A stretch of 64,000 bases of DNA from Candidatus Bathyarchaeia archaeon. GTDB taxonomy: Archaea; Thermoproteota; Bathyarchaeia; Bathyarchaeales; Bathycorpusculaceae. Positions 58,280 through 64,000 of the stretch are shown in pieces. The notes beneath the pieces are model-generated. The model did not search any database. It was not told the origin of the DNA and saw nothing but the letters and a program-made list of their open reading frames with translations. Position 1 is the first letter of the stretch. Each line of letters begins with the position of its first letter. Location: positions 128,001 through 192,000 of the forward strand of contig JAVZNE010000002.1 of NCBI GenBank assembly GCA_038882975.1, given 5' to 3'. A program made the translations under genes and the position numbers.

Positions 58280-58651
58280 TTAATTTGCTTTCCTCTTATC
58301 CTTTTCTTCTTTCCTTTTAAGTTTTAGTTCTTCAACTGCGTGTGCTTTTTGTAGTTGTTTCATGTACCATGCTCTTTCTCTTGCGTAGTGGATGCTTAGG
58401 GCTATGCCTAGAATTAGGAGGACTAGGCCTGTTAGTGTTAGGGATAAGCCCAAAAGGCTGTAGGGATGCGATGTTAAATGGTATGGTATTATTAGGAACC
58501 ATTTTGGGTTTTCAACTGTTATGACGGTTTCTAGGAGGCCTCCGACGAAGAATATTGAGCCTATTATGATTATTAGGTATCCAATAGTCTCGTTGTGTCT
58601 TGATTCTTCAGCCTTTTCATGGAGGTATTCGCTGAAAAGCATCAAATCCAC
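58280..58651 (-). CDS. Two-TM membrane protein, hypothetical
   Basis: Two hydrophobic segments and a basic tail. Confidence 0.7.
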   Translation of the reverse strand: MDLMLFSEYLHEKAEESRHNETIGYLIIIIGSIFFVGGLLETVITVENPKWFLIIPYHLTSHPYSLLGLSLTLTGLVLLILGIALSIHYARERAWYMKQLQKAHAVEELKLKRKEEKDKRKAN

Positions 58652-58803
58652 GATTTGTGGCGTGGGGTGGATGGCTATAAATGTTATTTTTGATTCCGAA
58701 TTCTAGGCTTTTGACCAGCGATTGATGGTTAGTAAGGGTTTAGAAAAGTCTATATGTGCAGAATTATTGTTTAGTTTGTTTATGCAGCGGCTAAAGTGAT
58801 TAG

Positions 58804-59466
58804 ATGCCTTTCAAGGACGAGTGCAAGCTGTGTGGAAGGGTTCTACCGTACAATTATCTTAGGCACTGTTGGAGATGTGGCAAGCTTTTCTGCATAGACT
58901 GCATGGTTCCTGAAGTGTCAACAGGAGACGCTTCAAGGCTGCTTTGCCTTAACTGTGCTAGGAAGATTGTTTCTCCAAAGCCTAGAGCCAAATACGAGTC
59001 TCTTAAGGGCTATTTGAAGTTTAGGGCTGCTTTCACGGACTTTGTTAAGCTTTCCTTCGCTCAAATAGACGGGATTATTGGGGACAATCTTCCCATGGAG
59101 GCTTTTCGCTCTGAAGAATGGTGGGCAAACTCGCCTGATAAAGTGCATGCACGGGCTTGGCTTGACGCCGGATGGGAAGCCAGCGAAGTAAACCTAAAGG
59201 GAGGGTATGTAATCTTCCGAAAAGTGAAAAGTCCTCAAGGTATAGCTCTTCCAAAGAAGAGGGATTTTGAGAAGCCTAAAAAGCCGTTTACACCGCCGCC
59301 CTCAAGAATTATGCACCACAAAAAGCCTTCGAAAACGAAAATTGCAAAGCTTTACGCTAGGCTGAAGAACTTGGAAAGGCAGAGGACTGCCACGCAAAAG
59401 CTTAGGGGTAGCTTCAAACCAAAACCGGCACAGGAAAAGCGGGTTTTCAAGCAGAAAACTGGGTGA
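58804..59466 (+). CDS. Hypothetical protein: N-terminal zinc finger plus KY..L..YL / WW.N / AW..AGW domain
   Basis: CKLC, CWRC...CIDC and CLNC, the conserved-looking KY..L..YL...LSF..I..I.G..LP...WWAN...AW..AGW pattern, and a lysine-rich tail. Confidence 0.75.
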   Translation: MPFKDECKLCGRVLPYNYLRHCWRCGKLFCIDCMVPEVSTGDASRLLCLNCARKIVSPKPRAKYESLKGYLKFRAAFTDFVKLSFAQIDGIIGDNLPMEAFRSEEWWANSPDKVHARAWLDAGWEASEVNLKGGYVIFRKVKSPQGIALPKKRDFEKPKKPFTPPPSRIMHHKKPSKTKIAKLYARLKNLERQRTATQKLRGSFKPKPAQEKRVFKQKTG

Positions 59467-59506
59467 AGAATTTTTATCTACCCGTTTTGAATTTAGAAAG
59501 TGTTGT

Positions 59507-59616
59507 GCGGCCGTCGTCTAGTCTGGTTAGGACACAGACGCTGTAAAGCGCTTTACAGCATGTGTGGAAGCCTTCCAAGCCTGCGATCCCGGGTTCGAAT
59601 CCCGGCGGCCGCACCA
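59507..59616 (+). tRNA. tRNA-Gly(TCC) with 32-nt intron at non-canonical position 29/30 (59538-59569)
   Basis: Acceptor stem GCGGCCG/CGGCCGC-ACCA. Removing 59538-59569 restores CAGGC-CT-TCC-AA-GCCTG. Confidence 0.9.
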
Positions 59617-59657
59617 ATAGCTTCTGTAAAAAGGATTTACTGGCAGTTATAGAATTT

Positions 59658-59767
59658 TGGCGGGCCCGCGGGGATTTGAACCCCGGTTCTCCGGCTCCGG
59701 AGGCTTGCGCACATGCATGTTTGTACATGCACATTCGGCGCCTTAATCCATACTTGGCCACGGGCCC
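59658..59767 (-). tRNA. tRNA-Arg(CCG) with 31-nt intron at position 29/30 (59705-59735)
   Basis: Acceptor stem GGGCCCG/CGGGCCC-GCCA. Removing the intron restores CCGGC-CT-CCG-GA-GCCGG. BHB central helix GCGC/GCGC. Confidence 0.92.
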
Positions 59768-59815
59768 CCAATGGATATGTTAGCACCTCGCCGGAATTAT
59801 TTGTTGTTGTGTTGG

Positions 59816-60316
59816 CTAGATTTCTATTAGTTCTTCGTTTATCCACCATGCCTTTTTCTTTCCGCCCTTTTCTCCTGGATAATATTCGATTATGGGTTTG
59901 CCCAGCTGTTTTTTTGAAGCCTTTTCTATTCTTCTTAGGCGGTTTAGGATTAGCCATCTATTTGTTTTTGTGTATTGGGCTAGTTCTGGTGTTGTTGCGC
60001 CTTTATAGTGCATTAGGTAGTCGATTATTTTGTGGTCTAGTTCGTCTATGCAGAAGGTGTGTGGGTTTGTTTTGCCCCTCTCGTAAGTGAGCAGTTCCAA
60101 ATCTGCGAGGTATTTCCTTATCTGGGAGAATTCAGCCTCAAGCTTTTCCAGCCGCCTTTCCAATTCGAGAATTTTGTCTGGTTTAGGCGTTTTTTGGAGT
60201 TTTTCTATTATGGCGTCTCTTATGAAGTTGCTTCTTTCGCCTTCTGGGACGCGTAAGAGCAACTCTTTGTAAACCTCTTCGGGGATTTTTACTGAGATTA
60301 CTTTTAACTCGTTCAT
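59816..60316 (-). CDS. Ribbon-helix-helix (CopG-like) + coiled coil + winged-helix regulator
   Basis: VISVKIPEEVY...RSNFIRDAI, a coiled coil, then DELDHKII.YL....GATTPELA. Confidence 0.8.
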   Translation of the reverse strand: MNELKVISVKIPEEVYKELLLRVPEGERSNFIRDAIIEKLQKTPKPDKILELERRLEKLEAEFSQIRKYLADLELLTYERGKTNPHTFCIDELDHKIIDYLMHYKGATTPELAQYTKTNRWLILNRLRRIEKASKKQLGKPIIEYYPGEKGGKKKAWWINEELIEI

Positions 60317-60420
60317 AGGCTTGTGCGCCCTTTTATGTTGCTGTTTTCTATTTCTTTCGGAAATCTTTTAAAAGCTAGAGGGTAAACTCTAGACCGAGTT
60401 CCGAATCAAAGTGGTATGTT

Positions 60421-61542
60421 ATGCCTAAAAGAACCACAATTTCCCTTATAAAATGTGATGTTGGCTCCTTAGCGGGACACCATGTTGTCCCCAAACCTAT
60501 ACTAAACATTGGAGAGAAAAACCTGAAAAAAGCTAAGGAAGAGGGCTTGATAAACAGTTACTATGTCTTCAATGTTGGCGACGACTTGGAACTTTTAATG
60601 GTGCATGAGCGTGGCGAATCGAACCCTGAAATCCACAAGCTCGCGTGGAATACTTTTCAAGAGGCTGCCAACAAAGCCTTGGAACTGAAGCTTTATGGTG
60701 CTGGACAAGACTTGCTGAAGAATGCTTTCAGTGGAACGGTTCGCGGACTTGGTCCAGGAGTGGCTGAGATGGAGATTGAAGAGCGAAAATCCGATCCAAT
60801 AGTTGTTTTTGCGGCGGATAAAACCTCGGCTGGAAGCTTCAATCTACCACTCTTCCGGATATTCGCTGACCCAATGAATACAGCTGGGCTTGTGATAGAT
60901 CCAAACATGGCTGGCGGCTTCAAGTTTGAGGTTATCGATGCCCAAGAAGGGAAGAAGGTGGTGCTTAAATGTCCAGAGGAAATGTATGAGCTTATCGCCT
61001 TAATTGGAACTGTTGAGCGCTACATAGTTTCACGGGTTTGGCGCGCCAGAGACGACTTGATATGCGCTTCTGGCAGCGTGACGAAGCTTTCGCTGATTGC
61101 CGGAAAATATGTTGGAAAAGATGACCCTGTGATGATTGTGAGGGCGCAGCATGGTCTGCCGGCCGTTGGGGAAGTTCTTGCGCCTTTCATGCACAGTTAT
61201 TTGGTGGCTGGTTGGATGAGGGGAAGCCACTGGGGGCCGATAATGCCCGTTGGTTTGAAAGATGCCCGCTGCACACTTTTTGACGGTCCGCCGAGGATGG
61301 TGGCTTTGGGCTTTCAAGTGGCGAATGGCGCGATAGCAAGCGACGATGATGGCGTGCCCATGATAACTGACTTTTTCGCTGACCCAGCGTTTGCCCTTGC
61401 AAGGAGAGAGGCGTTGAAGTATGCGGCTATGATTAGGCGTATGGGCGAGTTTGAGCCAGCCCGCTTGAGCGTCGAGTCTATGGAGTATACGACGCTGCCG
61501 CAGGTTATTGAGAAGTTGAAGGAGAGGTTCACGCCCATTTAA
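60421..61542 (+). CDS. fbp: Fructose-1,6-bisphosphate aldolase/phosphatase (class V)
   Basis: IK.DVG...GH, GDD, LYGAGQDLL, YVGKDDP, WMRGSH.GP, F.P.RL and MEYTTLP. Confidence 0.96.
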   Translation: MPKRTTISLIKCDVGSLAGHHVVPKPILNIGEKNLKKAKEEGLINSYYVFNVGDDLELLMVHERGESNPEIHKLAWNTFQEAANKALELKLYGAGQDLLKNAFSGTVRGLGPGVAEMEIEERKSDPIVVFAADKTSAGSFNLPLFRIFADPMNTAGLVIDPNMAGGFKFEVIDAQEGKKVVLKCPEEMYELIALIGTVERYIVSRVWRARDDLICASGSVTKLSLIAGKYVGKDDPVMIVRAQHGLPAVGEVLAPFMHSYLVAGWMRGSHWGPIMPVGLKDARCTLFDGPPRMVALGFQVANGAIASDDDGVPMITDFFADPAFALARREALKYAAMIRRMGEFEPARLSVESMEYTTLPQVIEKLKERFTPI

Positions 61543-61559
61543 GGTGCTTTTATAGTTTT

Positions 61560-62108
61560 TCACTGCTGCCTTAATTTCGCCAACTCTTCGCAGCGGCCCT
61601 TAACAACTTCATAGAGCTTACTCCGCAACTCCTCTCCAAACATTTTACGCTCCCTTATGAGTGCTGTTTTCTTGGCAAGTTCTGTGTCACCTATCCATGT
61701 GAACCAAGCTTCAAAGTCTCCACGGTACAAATGGAACTCTATTGAGCCTATATCGATTTTCTGGATTTTCTCGCAAAAGTCTCCTAGGCTTACGGCATAA
61801 ACACCTAAAGGCTTACCCACATCCGCATAAAAGTAAAAGGCTTTTTCCGCCGGCACGTATGCCAAAATCTGTCGAGCTTTCTCTCCATTAATTTTTGGTA
61901 AGCCTAGAGCCTCCCGCCCTTTGTCAGTTATAGCGTAATATCCCTTCTCTACAGCCTTGACATAACCCATTTTTGCTAAGCCGACAACATGCATCATGAT
62001 TGTTGGAAAGCCCAATCCCACTTTTCTTGCCACTTCAATAGGTTTTACGGGCTCATTAAGCATCCATATTGTTTCAAGAACAAGCCTTTTCACAGGAGAT
62101 AAACTCAC
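61560..62108 (-). CDS. Winged-helix + DUF5752-like domain protein
   Basis: N-terminal wHTH (EVARKVGL...HV.GL.KMGYV....GYY.IT.KG). C-terminal AFYF...A.SL.DF...SIEFH..RGDF..W....GD.ELA. Confidence 0.78.
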   Translation of the reverse strand: MSLSPVKRLVLETIWMLNEPVKPIEVARKVGLGFPTIMMHVVGLAKMGYVKAVEKGYYAITDKGREALGLPKINGEKARQILAYVPAEKAFYFYADVGKPLGVYAVSLGDFCEKIQKIDIGSIEFHLYRGDFEAWFTWIGDTELAKKTALIRERKMFGEELRSKLYEVVKGRCEELAKLRQQ

Positions 62109-62228
62109 AGTGTCATCCTCATTTCTATATTTTGATGAGTTTAGCTTTTCAGACTTTCGCTTGCACCAAATTGGGCTAAGCTAGCTTGAAACGGATAATT
62201 TATAGACTATGCCTTACCAATAGAATAA

Positions 62229-63044
62229 TTGGGTTTAGGCTTGCCTGTGGAGAGGCTTTCCACTGGAGTATCAGCCCTAGATAAAATGCTTGCTGGCGGG
62301 ATTCCTAGAGGCTTTTCTGTGGCTGTTACCGGTGAACCTGGCACTGGCAAAACAATCCTTTGCATCCATTTTATAGCACAGGGTGTTGCTGACGGCGACA
62401 AGTGCATTTATGTAACAACCGAGGAGAGCCGTGAGTCCATAATAACTCAAGCCAGCCAGTTTGGCTTCGACTTTTCCGCAGCCATTAAGGATGGTAAATT
62501 AATTTTGATTGACGCTTTGATGGGAACTGAGGACCAGTGGACTATTAAAGCGCTGGGTGTTGAGGAGCTTGTGAACAAGGTTATTGAGGCGAAGAAGGCT
62601 TTAGGCTATGGGAGAGCCCGCCTAGTTATTGATTCGCTTTCAGCTTTTTGGCTTGACAAGCCAGCCATGGCGAGGCGCCACTCATATTTTGTTAAGAAGG
62701 TTCTTTCAAAATGGGACTTCACAATATTGGCGACCTCACAGTATGCCATAACAACTTCTGAGGCTTTCGGTTGGGGAGTTGAACACATAGCTGACGGCAT
62801 AATAAGGTTTAGGCGTTTAGTCAGAAACGGTATTTTGAGGCGTTATGTGCTTGTTGAAAAAATGAGGCAGACACCCCACAGCCTTCAAATGCACGAAATC
62901 GCTATTGAGCATGGAAAAGGATTGGTAATCCTCGGACCAGTAGAAGAGCGGAGGGAAGACGTAGCCCTCCCAAGAAAAGTGATGGAGAGAATACAAAAAG
63001 CAGTGGAGAGGCGGGATGCCGAGCCCCCGAAACCTAGCGATTGA
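62229..63044 (+). CDS. KaiC-domain RecA-superfamily ATPase
   Basis: STG...LD.ML.GGIP, GEPGTGKT, TTEES, VIDS, EHIADGII and KMR.T.H. Confidence 0.92.
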   Translation: MGLGLPVERLSTGVSALDKMLAGGIPRGFSVAVTGEPGTGKTILCIHFIAQGVADGDKCIYVTTEESRESIITQASQFGFDFSAAIKDGKLILIDALMGTEDQWTIKALGVEELVNKVIEAKKALGYGRARLVIDSLSAFWLDKPAMARRHSYFVKKVLSKWDFTILATSQYAITTSEAFGWGVEHIADGIIRFRRLVRNGILRRYVLVEKMRQTPHSLQMHEIAIEHGKGLVILGPVEERREDVALPRKVMERIQKAVERRDAEPPKPSD

Positions 63045-63888
63045 GTACTATTCAAGAGCCGAAGTGCAAAGGGAGATAGCTGAATTTTGCAGGGGAAGGT
63101 GGATGGCAGCCCACTGCATAGGCGATTCTGGAAAACTTGTTTTTAGGCGTTATTTAGATGGCAAACCAATGGCGGTCAAAAATGAGGAAGAATTTGCCGC
63201 ATTTCTGAAAAGGTTAAAGAATACTGCTAGAGCCTTCTACGCCACAGCAAACAAGTACCCGACAATAGAGCGTATAGAAGACGTTGACTTTTCAAAGGCT
63301 TATCTTTGCACCCCAACATGGGACATTGACGGGACGCTGCAGAACTGGAGGGAAACCATCGCTGTCGCAAGAGAAATTCTTTCCATTTTGGAAAGCGAGG
63401 GCGTAAAGGAGTCCGTTTACGTGAAATGGTCTGGAAACGGATGCCACATTCACGTTCATGAAGAAGCCATTTCAGAATCAGTGATCAGTAAGGCGCATCC
63501 ATTAGACTTCGCCTATGCCATAGTGGAATACGTAAACGCTAAAGCAATGCCAAAAATAATTGAAAGCCTAAAGGCTGAAAACATAAAAGTTGAGAACAGA
63601 ATGGATGCGGGAAGGGTCTTCACATGCCCATTAAGTCTGCACCGTCAACTAGACGTGGTTTGTGTTTGCCTAAAATCCAACGACATTGACAACTTCTCCC
63701 CAGAATGGATAAAACCATCAAACTTTAGGCATAATCATGCATGGCGAAACTTCCAAAAAGGAGAAGCCGACACCCTAGCCACAAAAGCCTACGAAACAGT
63801 TGGAGGCTATCCAACCCCGCTGAGAAAGGGAAAGCCTAGAGGCAAAAGGCTGGACCAGCAGATAAAAGAGTGGCTCCAAAAATTTTAG
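63016..63888 (+). CDS. Archaeo-eukaryotic primase (AEP) superfamily protein
   Basis: Motif I WDID, motif II KWSGNGCHIH, and motif III region D..R...CP.SLH. Confidence 0.75.
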   Translation: MPSPRNLAIEYYSRAEVQREIAEFCRGRWMAAHCIGDSGKLVFRRYLDGKPMAVKNEEEFAAFLKRLKNTARAFYATANKYPTIERIEDVDFSKAYLCTPTWDIDGTLQNWRETIAVAREILSILESEGVKESVYVKWSGNGCHIHVHEEAISESVISKAHPLDFAYAIVEYVNAKAMPKIIESLKAENIKVENRMDAGRVFTCPLSLHRQLDVVCVCLKSNDIDNFSPEWIKPSNFRHNHAWRNFQKGEADTLATKAYETVGGYPTPLRKGKPRGKRLDQQIKEWLQKF

Positions 63889-64000
63889 CAACAACAACTA
63901 AAGAAAATGGCGCTTAAATTGTTTTAAAATTTGAATTTTTTATTCTCGATCGATAAGTTTCCAGTTTATCTTCCCATCTTTGCTTATTTTTGGTATAATC

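Noticed and set aside
58170-59767. Integrated element at the tRNA cluster
   Set aside because: No integrase and no duplicated tRNA 3' fragment were found.
59474-60090. ORFs at 59474-59761, 59562-59783, 59637-59957 and 59713-60090
   Set aside because: They overlap tRNA genes or the RHH regulator and are shadow ORFs.
63846-63888. PIP box at the AEP C-terminus (DQQIKEWL)
   Set aside because: The spacing does not fit Qxx[LIM]xx[FYW].

Overview
Core chromosomal region of an archaeon, most likely Bathyarchaeia (inferred from PolD, short crenarchaeal-type XPF, Elf1, Fae-Hps, tRNA introns at non-canonical positions and gene order). The first 5 kb hold a probable replication origin: the 3' end of PolD DP1, cdc6/orc1, three G-string ORB elements, two of them facing each other across an AT-rich tract, and three uncharacterised putative DNA-binding genes. 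One of these is a membrane-anchored coiled-coil winged-helix protein, and they sit beside dense arrays of TTGTGAA/TTGTGAT repeats. This module is the best candidate for an undescribed origin-tethering, segregation or initiation-control system. The rest is mostly housekeeping: PolD DP2, GGGP synthase, glyA, Sec61-beta, porGDAB, Alba, aIF5A, XPD/XPF, the SRP54-Pus10-L21e-RpoF-KsgA cluster, ppsA, dph2, csl4-rpoL, L3-L4-L23-L2-S19, the S6e-aIF2g-RpoE-S24e-S27ae cluster and FBP aldolase/phosphatase. Other features are a box C/D guide RNA, three tRNAs (two with apparently related introns at position 29/30), an MFS pseudogene, an HTH-fused Fae-Hps, a nob1 gene with no canonical start codon upstream of its catalytic motif, and a KaiC-like ATPase overlapping a primase-like gene. 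No CRISPR array, IS element or rRNA was seen. All family calls come from motif recognition, not database searches.
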